A program made the position numbers and the translations under genes. The notes beneath the pieces were generated by a model. It had not been told where the DNA came from. It worked only from the letters and a program-made list of their open reading frames with translations, and searched no databases. 64,000 bases of DNA from Rhynchopus sp. YZ270_cl-10 (Eukaryota), in the NCBI GenBank assembly GCA_964035575.1, contig OZ037844.1, positions 310,001-374,000 on the forward strand, read 5' to 3'. Every line of letters starts with the position of its first letter. The first letter of the stretch is position 1. This document shows, piece by piece, positions 1-12,359 of the stretch.

Positions 1-540
1 TGGACACTTTAGGCACTTGTTTTGGTGTTTTTTTTGGTGTTTTGAGGTCAAAAAAGATCCCCTGACTATCCCCTGGCAGCCCTGGGCCGCGACTTGCGCC
101 CTGCTTTTAGACCCACTCTGGGCCAAAAAATGGGCGAAAACCTCCGAAAAAGCACTCTGGGAGCCCAGATAGTTCCAAATTTCCACCGCACACCCTCAAA
201 AACACCTCAAAAACATGTCAGAAAAACATTTTCAAAAACACACTTTTTCAAATAAGTCATTATGGAACCTGCCCAGATGAACTTTTTGAAAAAAGTGTGT
301 TTTTGAAAATATTTTTCTGGCATGTTTTTGAGGTGTTTGGGTGGGTTTCTGGTGGATATATGGAACTATCTGGGTCCCCGGAGTGCTTTTTCGAGGGTTT
401 TCACCCATTTTTTGGCCCAGAGGGGGTCCAAAAGCAGGGCGCAAGTCGCGGCCCAGGGCTGCCAGGGGATAGTCAGGGGATCTTTTTTGACCTCAAAACA
501 CCAAAAAAACACCAAAAAAGGCGATAAATGTGTTCAAAAC
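1..540. repeat. Long imperfect foldback (about 250-bp arms, centre near 268) inside a non-autonomous DNA element truncated by the window start
   Basis: GAGGTCAAAAAAGATCCCCTGACTATCCCCTGGCAGCCCTGGGCCGCGACTTGCGCCCTGCTTTT (44-108) is the reverse complement of about 431-495. Sequence 490-590 resembles 11637-11730. Confidence 0.85.
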
Positions 541-867
541 AGGTCGGAATGGACTCGCGGGACATTTTTGGGGCATATTTGTGCCCAGACAGGCCTAATG
601 ATGACAAATTTTTGCTTTTTTTTTTGAAATATTGGTCAAAAATGGCCATTTGACCAAAATGGCCCAAACGGCCAAAATGGTCTATTTTTGCTATTTTTTT
701 CCATTTTTTTGTATCTCTGGGGTGTCTCACCTATAGAACACCCCCAAACCACACCCCAAAACCATCTCTGACCCGAAATTTTCGGTGGTTTGCGGGTACT
801 TTGCACGTAAATCCAAAAAAATCGAAATGCCTCAAAAAAATAGGGGTTTTGCCCCCACCTAGGCATA

Positions 868-1691
868 CTGTGCAGGCGAGTAAAAAAAACTCGCCTACTC
901 GCCAAAAACTCGCCTAAAACTCGCCCATTTTTGGGGGGCGAGTTTTGGCGAGTTTTTTTTTTTTGGTAGGGATTTTACCTTGGGAAAAGTGTACACACGA
1001 AAATATGAGGGAAATTTGAGTTTTGAAGAAAAAAATTTTTTCGTTCCACTTGAACAAGACCTCTGCAGTTTGCTTTGTAGACTTCCACAACCAGTACCAC
1101 CAGTCCAGCTGTACCTTCTGCGGATCCATGAAGCTTGCACAGATGGGTGCGATGTAGTCGTGGGGGAATACCGCCAAGGGGTGGCCTGCAGGGTTGCCAT
1201 TTACCGGCATGACGAGGACATTGTTGTATAGCGAGTGTAGCCCCGGCTCATGTCTTCGTCATCCTCCGGATTGTAGCACGTCTTGTCCCCCGGGATCTAC
1301 GGCACGCTTGGATCTTCCCCTGGAGCAAATGTTTACATACATGCCTGTCAGCCACTGCCGTGACATGGTTGCCTTTAGACGTACAAGTGACACAATTTCA
1401 ATTTTTTTGTGTGTTTTTTGAGTGGCATGTTGTCATCAGTCACCCCCGCCCTCCATTTTCACATCCTGGTGCACATTTTCACCCCCAAGGTGCGTATGTG
1501 CACCAGGATTTGCACCCAAATGTGGGCGAGTTTAGGCGAGTTTTTGGCGAGTTTAGGCGAGTTTTGGCGAGTTTTTGGCGAGTTTTGGCGAGTAATAGGC
1601 GAGTAATGGGCGAGTAGGGCGAGTTTTTGGCGAGTTTTTCCTGAAAATCAGGAAAACGAAAAACTCGCCTAAAAACGGCTCGCCTGCACAG
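868..1691. mobile_element. MITE-like element 'A' nested in the left TIR of element B, TA TSD
   Basis: TA|CTGTGCAGGCGAG...CTCGCCTGCACAG|TA, with subterminal CTCGCC/GGCGAG repeats at both ends. Removing it restores B's TIR. Confidence 0.8.
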
Positions 1692-2671
1692 TACACGACG
1701 CGGTCCAGGACCAATTTCACTTGTCATGGTGACAAGTGAAATGACAAGTGAAATGTATGACAAGTGGTCACTTGTCATGACAAGTGACTCACTTGTCATG
1801 ACAAGTGAACCACTTGTCATGACAAGTGATTTACCTGAGGAATGCCTGTGAGCTCATGATTTCATTTATTCCTACATGAAATGAAGTAAAAAAATGTAAA
1901 ATGATGTACTTTTTATCTCTTTCTTTTTTAGCCTGATGTGGGTAGTGGCGGCTATCTGATGGTTTTCTTTTATTGATTAGGGAGTGGGTTGTGCAGGCAA
2001 CGTAAGGAAATGGGGTGGGGACTGGGGAACGGTAAAGAAAAGTATGGTTAAAGTGACGTAAGGACTTTTGCGAAGGGCTCTCACTCACGGACTGACGCTT
2101 CATTTTTTAAAAAAATTTGAAATGTAAAAGACAACAAAAGGTGATGTTTTATTTTTCCTTCCTTCAAAACTTCACACACAACGCTTTTTTGGTTTTTGGG
2201 AGACACACAAGGTGCCAGGTTCTATGGTAAGCACGGAACCACCCTGCACCTGTTTGTCATGTTGTTTCCCGTGCAATACATGGAGAAACGTTTCGCACTC
2301 GAAACAAAGCTTTTTTAATAAAAAATGAACGAAGCACAAAAACAAGCGTGTGTGGAAGAAAAAAGAAAAGGGAAAATATTTTTTCTGATTCACAGTGGTG
2401 TTTATGTTTTGGGTACGGGGCGGAGAATAAAATCTGTTCGATAAAAGAAACGCAAGCTTTTTGTTTTATCTTGTTCATTTTTAAAAGCAAAAATAACTAT
2501 TTATTCAACGCCTTTTAGCGTGGTTTTTTTTTGCGATAACTTCACGCATTTTTTTCCCAGGCGAGTGGTAGTTAATTTGCCGAGCGAAGCGAGGCAAATT
2601 GAATCCACGAGCCTGGGAAAAAAATAAGTGAAGTATCGCAAAAAAATTCGCTAAAAGGCGTTGAATACGTA

Positions 2672-4061
2672 ATTTTATTTCACGTTAAATAAAGTATACG
2701 AAAGGATTTGGCACTTTTAGCGTGACTCATTTATTGTGCAATAACTAACGAGTATGTGTCCCTCCAGGTAGCTTTCCTTACCCTCCCGCCAGCGCTACCG
2801 GGAATCCCACGGACCCCTAGCTAGGATAGCGGGACTCCCGCTGGGGGGGCTGGCAAACCTGAGGGGGCTGGAGGGAGGCTAAAAAAGGCTGAAGGGTCCC
2901 TCCAGACCTGTTACCCTCCTGCGGGGAAACCTGCAAAAACCCGATAAACTGGGCCTACCCTTATATGTGGGGTGGGATACACGTTTTCGGGGTGTCATAA
3001 CCATGTGTGAGCCACACAGGGTGGTGCACAGGTGACCCCATGCAGTACACGCAACCCACGTTTTGATACACAACAGCATTTTGCGTGTAGCGCATACAGC
3101 GTGTAGCCTATTTAGCCCACGCATAGCGTGTAGCGTGTGGTCGGGTTCTGAAAGCTGCCTCAAAGGTACACAAAGCTACATCCCGACGTCTCCCCACCCT
3201 CAGGGTCCCCTCGGGTGCTAGCGGAGGTCGGGAAATGGCTATCGTGCAAGAGCGAGACATTCAGAAGATCCCCGCCCATCACAGAATATCATGCCAGCCA
3301 CCGCCTTCCTCACAATGAAGTAAGGGGGTGGTGTGTCCTCCGCCTTCATAGGTAATGAAGGAGTCGATTTCTTGTTTCGTAAGTGCGGAGTGCCTTGGAC
3401 TGTCGTGTCGGTAGCCGGTCTGGTTTTGTTTCAAGAGACACACGAGCCTGCGCAAACTGGTCTTGCAGTTGCACCCCATACTTCCTCGCCAATATGCTGC
3501 TCAGCTTACTGAACGCTGTCCATTACGACGACGATTTGTACGTGAGATCGTCACGGAGATGCACTATGCACAAAACAAAGTCGGCTTCCGTGGGCTTACC
3601 GTTGGGCTTGCCAATGAATTCCTTAAAAAGCGGTCCCATTCACGGATGTACGGTGTCGACGATGCCAGTCCTTCAGCAAAACCACTGTAGCGCTCGTCCA
3701 TCTCTTGTCGGAGGACCGTTTGCGTCTTAGATCCTTCGGCATGTTGCGTGTGTCAAAAAAAAATGGGAAAAGTGCAAAAAAAATTCGAAATTTTCAATTT
3801 TTAGGCGGGTGGTGGTGCAGGATATACCAAAATTTAGCGTGAAGTTATCGCCAAAAAAAACCCCTGTTTTGGCGTGAAAAAAACAAAAATAAAATCACGC
3901 TCCTAAGGAATTGCAGTGAAAAAAAGTGAAAACGCGTGAAATAAAGTTCAATTAGCGTGGTTTTTATTTGTGAAAAAAACACGGCGTGAAATTATCATTA
4001 AAAAGAATCACGCTAAAAGTGCCAAATCCTTCGTATACTTTATTTAACTGTGGAATAAAAT
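2672..4061. mobile_element. Crypton-like (tyrosine recombinase) element remnant bounded by inverted repeats
   Basis: GTTAAATAAAGTATACGAAAGGATTTGGCACTTTTAGCGTGA (2684-2725) is inverted at 4008-4048. The interval encloses the recombinase pseudogene. Confidence 0.6.
3240..3742 (-). pseudogene. Frameshifted tyrosine recombinase N-terminal region (Crypton-type)
   Basis: Joining minus-strand frames gives YIREWDRF-KEFIGKPNGKPTEADFVLCIVHLRDDLTYKSSS*WTAFSKLSSILARKYGVQLQDQF-RLVCLLKQNQTGY...ALTKQEIDSFITY...YFIVRKAVAGMIFCDGRGSSECLAL. This matches the core-binding domain to box I pattern of eukaryotic recombinase transposons. Confidence 0.65.
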
Positions 4062-4908
4062 CAAAAAATCAAAAAATCTGTCGGTGGATAGGTGGTGCAC
4101 AGGGTATAGTTTCATATTCAATGAAAAGGAAATCAAGTTGGTCGCACCCGAAGACGCGAGGCAGAACGACGCCTCGGAAGAAGAGGATGACGACGAAGAC
4201 GACGAAGGCGACGACGCTGTGACAATTGAATGAGAGCAATGCTATCATAATCAAAAAAAAAAATCGTTTGATGCCTCAAACGGGATGGTTATAACCCTGG
4301 TAATATGGGTAGGGGGTATTACCAGGGTTAGTGAACCGCATAGTCGTGTCCTTACGTCACTTTAAACAATACTTTTCTTTTTTTTTTTTTTTTTTTTTCT
4401 TTTCTTTTCCTTTTTTCCCCCACTCCCCACCCCATTGCCTTACTTTGCTTGCGCAACCCACTCCCTAATCAAAAAATAACAATAAAAAGAATCCAGGGTT
4501 AACAGGGACCCTAAGGATTCACTTGTCATGACAAGTGGTTCACTTGTCATGACAAGTGATTTACATGTCATTTCACTTGTCACTTTTATGACATGTCATT
4601 TCACTTGTCAGGTGCCTCTGGACCGCGTCGTGTATGCCTAGGGGGGGGGGGGGGGGTAGGGGGTAGCAAACCCCACACGGCGGGGTCCACACACCCGAGG
4701 GTCCGTAAATTTTACGGACCCTCTTTACGGACCCTCAAGTGCGGACCCGGGTCCGTAATTACGGACCCTAGGGTCCGTAATTAAGGTGGGAAATCACTGT
4801 TTGGATGTGTGACTGCTGGTCGAAAAGCCCTGGGAGCAAACCGAGTGGTACACAGGTACCACATGATAGACCATGATCATGTGGGCCTATCCCAAGTTAC
4901 ATACCGAA

Positions 4909-5254
4909 AAAAGTCGTGAGCTCGGTTAGTTGTCAAAGACGTCTTCCACCATGCACTGAGGAGATAATGATCCAACAATTTACAAGAAAGATTACTTAAC
5001 CTACTGCTGGAAATTGCCAGGTCGTAGTAACACACAAAGTGTGCCTCCGTTCGGGAATACCGGATATTCTAGAGACCAAAAAGGCCTCAAGAATATCTTC
5101 CGGTAGTCAAGGTATAACCGAATGAACGGCCCAAGACCCCCGTGGAGAAGTTAAATGTTGTAATGCTATCAAGTACAAACTGCGAACACTGTCTTACCCT
5201 CCTCAATACATGGTGGAATATTTCTTTGACAACAAACCGAGCTCAAGAGTTTTT
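4909..5254. mobile_element. MITE with a partial second copy at about 7460-7746
   Basis: GAGCTCGGTTAGTTGTCAAAGA...TCTTTGACAACAAACCGAGCTC inverted ends. About 285 bp of the interior is repeated near-identically at 7460-7746. Confidence 0.7.
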
Positions 5255-6734
5255 AAACTTCCCTGAGGGAATGCGAGACGCAAAATTTACCACCAGACCC
5301 TGTCTTCGTGCACCTTCGGTGCAACGCTGCAGACAGGCCAAACTGCGTTGGACTCAGAGGAATGCCTGCTGTGCAGTGTATCAATGAGAACCAAGTCCCA
5401 GCAACAAGGGGCGCCTTTTGGCGGGCGTTGTTGAGGGTGTTTGGGGTGCAAAGTTTTCCACAATTTTGATGCGCGGGTACAGAAGTGTTGTCTTGTTCTT
5501 TCATCTTTAGGAATGTAAATGTCAATCGCGTTTAACTACCACTAGGGCTTGTTCAGTGAACCCACGAGGGGTCGAAGGGGGTTGGTTATCCCATAGCTAT
5601 CAAAGGTTGTGTCGACCAGGCTAATCCACTATGTTACGCTGTACGTTGTTAAATCCGAAGAAATAACACTTTAGCAGCCGCAGGAAGTTTGTTAAAAAGA
5701 GTGCCTCACGCTACACAAACCACCACCCGCGATTGACTTAGATGTTATAACAAAGAGAATTCAGAACAAAACAACACCCTGCCCCATACACACTAAATTG
5801 TCATGCTTATGCCTGGGCCAAAATTACTGTTGACCAAAAAGGCAACAAGACCACCCACAAGGAGTGTGAATTGTGCACTGGTTTTCTGGGGGAACGCAAT
5901 ATTTTCTTGTGTCTAGTCCTCCGCAAGCAGAGGACAGACTTTCCGGAAGGTTTCCAAAGTCGAATTTCTTGCACTAGCTATGCTCCCTTGGTTAATGGCT
6001 ATAGCAGTGACTGACTAAGTGTACCCACCCCCCTCCACCCAGATCTTCGTCCGCAAACTCAGAATAGATTGATGCGGGTAGATTTTGAGTTGTTGAATGT
6101 CGGACCGCGGTGAAGCTTCTCATCGCAATCGCGGGTGCAGTTCAGACTTCACGATCCTGTATAAGTGTAAATGTGGGGTGTGATTAAGTTATGGTATACA
6201 AACGTAGTAGTCGGGAAAGGTGAGGTTAATAAAAAAGGCTATTTATTGCCGTGAAATAAGATAGATTTTTTCCACGCTACAGGTCGAGAGAGTGACCTGC
6301 TGCACAAATGGTTCGAGTGAAGCGAGGTGAATTATGTGAAGCAGGTAACGAGCGCCTGTGGAACCAAATAGAAACGTAACACTCATCACACGATAAAACC
6401 CATGGGAGAGGTTGTGGTGAAACGCACACACCTCGACCTGAGGAGTGGCTCTGCAGCGCGGTTCGTCCCCAGAACCGCAAGTGTGTTCAAAATGCTTTGT
6501 TTCTATTTCCTCCTTCATGTCATGAGGTGACACAAAATGATTGGTGCGTAAAAAAATAGCTATTTAATAGTGTGAACATTACGCGTTTATTTCGAGTTGA
6601 AAACACGAACAAGTTGAAATATGCGGCATTTTTTTGTTCAATCTTCACTAGTAACTGAAAGTTAAACATAATTACATACCTTGTCTTCCCCGTAACCTGC
6701 GCCTTCGCTGCTTTTAAGGTGCTTTCTCTGGGTG

Positions 6735-7139
6735 CCCAGTACCCAGTACCCAGTACCCAGTACCCAGTACCCAGTACCCAGTACCCAGTACCCAGTACCC
6801 AGTACCCAGTACCCAGTACCCAGTACCCAGTACCCAGTACCCAGTACCCAGTACCCAGTACCCAGTACCCAGTACCCAGTACCCAGTACCCAGTACCCAG
6901 TACCCAGTACCCAGTACCCAGTACCCAGTACCCAGTACCCAGTACCCAGTACCCAGTACCCAGTACCCAGTACCCAGTACCCAGTACCCAGTACCCAGTA
7001 CCCAGTACCCAGTACCCAGTACCCAGTACCCAGTACCCAGTACCCAGTACCCAGTACCCAGTACCCAGTACCCAGTACCCAGTACCCAGTACCCAGTACC
7101 CAGTACCCAGTACCCAGTACCCAGTACCCAGTACCCAGT
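6735..7139. repeat. (CCCAGTA)n microsatellite, about 58 perfect units
   Basis: Read directly from the sequence. Confidence 0.98.
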
Positions 7140-8379
7140 GTCTTCGAGAACCTAAAAATGCGTTTTGTTGAAATTTTCTGGCTTTTTCTGAACTTTTCCC
7201 AGCTACTTTTCTGGTCGTAGCCGACTTTTCTGATCGAGTAGCTATTTTCACTTTTCTGGTGTATGAGTAGGTTTTCTGGGTGGGAGACTGGATTCTGGGT
7301 ACAGTGGTGTGTCTGGGCACCCAGGCACCTGGGTACTGGTGTATTTTCGGCCCAGGTACCCCGGTACACGGTACACTGGTGTACAAGGGAAAAAGTCGTG
7401 AAAAAAGCAACCACAGCTCCACATGACAAACACAAAAGTGTCCAGTCACGTGGGGCATTCATGCACTGAGGAGATAATGATCCAACAATTTACAAGAAAG
7501 ATTACTTAACCTACTGCTGGAAATTGCCAGGTCGTAGTAACACACAAAGTGCGCCTCCGTTCGGGAATACCGGATATTCTAGAGACCAAAAAGGCCTCAA
7601 GAATATCTTCCGCTGGTCAAGGTATAACCGAGTGAACGGCCCAAGACCCCCGTGGAGAAGTTAAATGTTGTAATGCTATCAAGTACAAACTGCGACCACT
7701 GTCTTACCCTCCTCAATGCATGGTGGAAGATGTCTTTCACAACAAATATCCTGTACACAGGTACACAGATACACAGGTACACAGGTAAAACCCGTTAAAA
7801 TTGTGTGTGAAAGTTAAAAATAGCTATATTTGCATTTTTCGCCCAGCATTGAGGACACATAGGCCCACCAAGGGCAATTTTGTGATGTCAAAAAAAATTT
7901 TTTTTCGGCCCAAAAATTGACTTGTTTTCGGTAAAACCCACTAAAAATTGTGGTACTCTAAACTGCGTTTTAGACCCCCACAGATGCTCAAAAGTGCCAA
8001 ATTTTGCTTTTAATGGCCTCAAATCGTCCAAATTAGCCCTAAACGGGGGCAAAAAAAAATTTTCGAGAGTCCCTTTCCCTGGGAGGCTCCGTAATTACGT
8101 ACCCTAGGGTCCGTAATTACGTACCCTAGGGTACGTAATGACACTCCGTAAAGAGGGAGTGTCCTAACATGCCGTTTTACGGACCCTCGGGGTGTGCGGA
8201 CCCCGCCGTGCACGTGAAAAGTGAGGCAAAAGTGGTTTTTTCGGATTTTTGAAAAAAAAAGCTTTCTATGTCATTCTGACCATACTCTCCGACCCATACC
8301 CCCCAAAAAACACCCCCTGACTCGGTTTCCACCCGAAATAGCACTTTCTGTGCCCAAAAATGGACAAATTCAAAAAAAA

Positions 8380-8810
8380 CAAGTAATTGCTATCGGAAAA
8401 AAAACGGGGTGTGATGTGGAACTCCATCCTGTAGAAATAATCTACAACACGCCCAGCATTCTGCTCTTCTGCAGGTATGCTAACGCTCTTCGTAAGCTGC
8501 CAGACCCACTGGGACGCCAGCATCTGAAACGTTCAAGAAGGGGGGCTGTCCTCTTCGTCCAGCACCATCTGCTCGATAGCGTTGTTGGACGTCGGCTCGG
8601 CAGGCTCGGCGTGTTCCAGCTCGTTTTTGTCCACAGGCTCCCCACATTGTCGTCGTCGTTGGAGCAGTGCGGAAGGAACACAGAATGCACAGACTACAAC
8701 ACATCGATCACACCATCAGCACCTCCAGCAAATCGCCAGGATGCTACGGTGGTTTCGAAAATCGCGCGGAGTTTTCCACATCACACCCGTTTTTCCTTAG
8801 CAATTACTTG
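8380..8810. mobile_element. Small TIR element nested in E, carrying a decayed coding-like fragment
   Basis: CAAGTAATTGCTA...ACGGGGTGTGATGTGGAA is inverted at TTCCACATCACACCCGT...TAGCAATTACTTG. Confidence 0.7.
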
Positions 8811-10204
8811 TCCTTGTTGTTACTGTTGTTTTCAACCACCTTCCTTCAACCCTTGTAGGGGTCAGTTGTAATTTTTTTCGCGAAAACATGAAATTATACA
8901 TTTCAAGAGAACAAATTAAAAAGGGTCCTTATTTGCATTTTTGGGCTCCGCCCGTGCAGTGGTGGGGTCAATCTCGAAAATTGGACAATTTTTTGACCAC
9001 TTAAATTTTGAGAAATATGAGCCCGGTTCCTTATACGTGGGGCCCATTTTCGGCTAAATTTTTCCTCAAAATCTGGTTTTGTAAAATTGACCCTTTACTC
9101 CCCCCCCACATCGATTTCAATACTATACCTTACTTCACCTACGGTTGCCCTTACAGGGGGGGTGAAGGAAGGTAAGTTGAAAATTTTTGGCCAGGACTTG
9201 GTACCTTTTGTGGGTACCAGGTCCTGGTACCCTTTTTAAAACATGGTTCTAAGTTCCACCAAGTCCTCTAAACACCCCGAAACCGCCTGGGTACCCCTCG
9301 GGATAGGTTCTGGGGTGAAAATATGTGGCTTTGGGGGCTTTTCTGGCCCCAGAATGAGTAAAAGCGGTCCAAACAGCAGGTGGTACAGATGAAGGCCACA
9401 GTGGAGAGAACCACACGCTGCTTTTTGGACCGCTTTTACACACTCTGGGGCCAGAAAAGGCCTCAAAGCCACATATTTTCACCCCAGAACCTATCCTGAG
9501 GGGTACCCAGGCGGTTTCGGGGTGTTTATCCACCTTAGTTCGCATGCTTGTTTTACTTTTTTTTGATTTTTCTTGAAAATCTTGGCATTTCCTGTAGGTG
9601 TGGTCTTTCTATTGGCACTCTATTGTCACTCAGGTTGGGAGGGGGACAGTGATGGAACACAACGCATTTTTGACCCAAAAAACAGGGTACTTCACCTATT
9701 TTGAGGTCGGGGAATCAATTCCGGGGTGATTTTTGGACATTAGAGACGTTCTGGCGGTCTCATTGGGGGTGTTGGTGCTCGTGACAAGGTAAAAAGCAAG
9801 TGTGTATTTAATAAACCATGGAGTGTTGGGTATGTCAAATCTCTCTGAGGCGCCTCTGGGGACCAGAAAAGGCCCCAAAACCACATATTTTCACCCCAGA
9901 ACCTATCCCGAGGGGTACCCAGGCGGTTTCGGGGTGTTTAGAGGACTTGGTGGAACTTAGAACCATGTTTTAAAAAGGGTACCAGGACCTGGTACCCACA
10001 AAAGGTACCAAGTCCTGGCCAAAATTTTTTTTTTTTTGAATTTGTCCATTTTTGGGCACAGAAAGTGCTATTTCGGGTGGAAACCGAGTCAGGGGGTGTT
10101 TTTTGGGGGGTATGGGTCGGAGAGTATGGTCAGAATGACATAGAAAGCTTTTTTTTTCAAAAATCAAAAAAATCGTGTTTGCCTCGGGCTTTTGCTACCC
10201 CCTA

Positions 10205-11102
10205 GGCATAGGTGCCCGCCGAGTCGTTTTTGGGCGAGTTGTCGGAACTTTACGATTTCACCTAACAACTCGCCCAAAACTCGGACAACTCGGCCACAAC
10301 TCGCCCTATACTCGGCACAACTCGGCCACAACTCGCCCATTTTTACAGGCAAAAACATACAGGGATGGGAGGTGACGTTGTAAGGTTACACACATGTAAC
10401 GTTGGTACAACACATGATCTCAAGAAAAACAACCAGGGCTAAGGCCAAACGCCACTCATTACATGCACCTTGTCATATGACTAGTCATAGGTGGTAACTA
10501 GGTCGTGGTGGTCCATGGGCCACCGTGCACACTCACGGTTTTTGGTAATTGCTGGGGGGAATGGGATATACTCCGTACATGGATACCCACACAGAACACA
10601 CGGTTCCCCAGACATCTGTCAGGCAATCACTGATTCACTTCACACAGGTCGGGCAGGCGCTGCCTGCCCATCCTCTTTTCCTGTCTGCTATCGATTCCAG
10701 GTTCACAACGTTCACACGTTTAGTCAAAATGCTTTGGGCGACGACTTCCTTTGGGATACACAAAACCACACAAAGCGCACATTCACAGACCAGCTGTGAA
10801 GCGTGGGATGCACAAGATAAAACGTGATGTGGTGTACCTGTGTACCTGTGTACCTGTGTACCTGTGTACCTGTGTACCTGTGTACCTGTGTACCTGTGTA
10901 CCTGTGTACCTGTGTACCTGTGTACCTGTGTACCTGTGTACCTGTGTACCTGTGTACCTGTGTACCTGTGTACCTGTGTACCTGTGTTTTTGTAGCCATA
11001 AAAAATCCCAAAAAAAAACAACTCGCCCAAAAAAAATGGGCGAGTTGTTGGCCGAATTTGGGCGAGTTGCCGAGTTGTTTTAACTCGCCGGGCACCTATG
11101 CC
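10205..11102. mobile_element. TIR element 'C' (GGCATAGGTGCCCG termini, TA flanks)
   Basis: TA|GGCATAGGTGCCCGCCGAG...CTCGCCGGGCACCTATGCC|TA, with subterminal ACAACTCG(G/C)C repeats. Confidence 0.8.
10832..10987. repeat. (GTGTACCT)n microsatellite, about 19 units, inside element C
   Basis: Read directly from the sequence. Confidence 0.97.
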
Positions 11103-11119
11103 TAGGGGGGGGGGGGGTA

Positions 11120-12019
11120 GGGGGTACGACTCCAGCCATTTTTTGCGCACGGAAAATTCATTTGGCATTATCTGGTCATCCCCAAGGCAACTGCGGGTGA
11201 AAAACACCCTCAGAGTGGGTCACAGGGGGCCTGTGGGTCGAAAAACGACCCAGAAGCCACCCCAGAATACAAAAAAATGGAAAAAAATAGTGAAAAAACG
11301 GCTTTTTTCACTCCCGGACCCCACATAGTGCCGAATATCCATCACACACCCACTCAGAGTGAGTAGAAGCACCCCAAAAAAAATATTTTTTAAAGCCCTT
11401 CAACTTCAACATGGATGCTGCCGAAACTGAAGCACAATTTTAGGGCTTTAAAAAATATTTTTTTTGGGGTGCTTCTACTCACTCTGAGTGGGTGTGTGAT
11501 GGATATTCGGCACTATGTGGGGTCCGGGAGGGGTATTTTGGGGGTTTCAGGCAAAAAAACGAAAAAAATATGACCGTAACAGGGGGTGTGCAAAGTGTCT
11601 TGGGGATGTCTTGGGGACGTCTTGGGCATTTTTTTGACCTAAAAACACCAAAAAAACACTTCCAAAAGTGTCAAATATGTCCAAAACAGGTTGGAATGGA
11701 CTCACAGGCCACTTTTGGGGTATATTTGTGCCAAAGGAGGCTTTGTGATGTCAAAAAATATCCCGGTTTTTGATTTTTTTCTCGAAAAATCGCTATTTTG
11801 CCCAAAGTGGCCAAAACGTGAAAAAAGCCGTTTTTTCACTATTTTTTTCCATTTTTTTGTATTCTGGGGTGGCTTCTGGGTCGTTTTTCGACCCACAGGC
11901 CCCCTGTGACCCACTCTGAGGGTGTTTTTCACCCGCAGTTGCCTTGGAGATGGCCAGATAATGCCAAATGAATTTTCCGTGCGTTTGGTCCCAGCCAAAA
12001 TGGCTGGAGTCGTATCCCC
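11120..12019. mobile_element. Foldback element 'D' (about 190-bp TIRs, GGGG termini, TA flanks) with an internal hairpin at 11311-11530
   Basis: GGGGGTACGACTCCAGCCATTTT...AAAATGGCTGGAGTCGTATCCCC. The internal inverted arms of about 88 bp are essentially perfect. Confidence 0.85.
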
Positions 12020-12159
12020 TAGGGGGGGGGGGGGGGGTCTGGGGGCGGGAATTTTGTTACTTAGGATGGAATATTTTTTTTTTCAACGGTACAAATTGGG
12101 GTCGTAAAATTTTTTTGACCAATTTTTGCCCACAAAAAATCGAAAAAAAATATTTTTTT

Positions 12160-12359
12160 TTCCGATTCTCGGGAGACTGTGCGTGCTGTGATGGGGTCAT
12201 TTTGCGCTGAGAAATGAGTTTTTTTGGCCTAAAATGCATGTGTCAGTTTTGGGTGTATTTTTCACCTAAAAACTGACACATGCATTTTAGGCCAAAAAAA
12301 CTCATTTCTCAGCGCAAAATGACCCCATCACAGCACGCACAGTCTCCCGAGAATCGGAA
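12160..12359. repeat. Near-perfect 200-bp hairpin
   Basis: TTCCGATTCTCGGGAGACTGTGCGTGCTGTGATGGGG... is the reverse complement of ...CCCCATCACAGCACGCACAGTCTCCCGAGAATCGGAA. Confidence 0.92.

Larger units (their letters stand above)
862..4638. mobile_element. Non-autonomous TIR element 'B' (GGCATACACGACGCGGTCCAG termini, TA flanks) with subterminal CACTTGTCATGACAAGTG palindrome arrays
   Basis: The left TIR is split by element A: GGCATA at 862-867 plus CACGACGCGGTCCAG from 1694. The right TIR is CTGGACCGCGTCGTGTATGCC at 4618-4638. Palindrome arrays lie at 1718-1830 and 4519-4610, and a further inverted pair lies at about 1975-2065 and 4347-4472. Confidence 0.8.
4676..8210. mobile_element. CAC..GTG element 'F' (CMC/EnSpm-like, non-autonomous), 2-bp CA TSD
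   Basis: CA|CACGGCGGGGTCCACACACCCGAGGGTCCGTAAA...TTTACGGACCCTCGGGGTGTGCGGACCCCGCCGTG|CA, with subterminal TCCGTAATTACG repeats at both ends. Confidence 0.75.
4659..10202. mobile_element. Foldback element 'E' (GGGGGTAGCAAA termini, TA flanks) containing nested elements
   Basis: The left end (4659-4675 plus 8213-8379, after removing F) is the reverse complement of about 10025-10202. Internal inverted pairs lie at 9181-9345 / 9860-10025 and 9270-9530. Confidence 0.8.

Noticed and set aside
1718..1830. Palindromic repeat arrays as a possible CRISPR array
   Set aside because: There are no unique spacers and no cas genes. The arrays are mirrored subterminal repeats of element B.
6520..7462. Long ORFs with WVLGTGY, YTV, QYSTV, PT, DP or GR repeats (also at 10.6-11.2, 16.5-17.2, 27.7-28.3 and 51.2-52.0 kb)
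   Set aside because: They are open in many frames only because the microsatellite units lack stop codons. There is no evidence of coding function.
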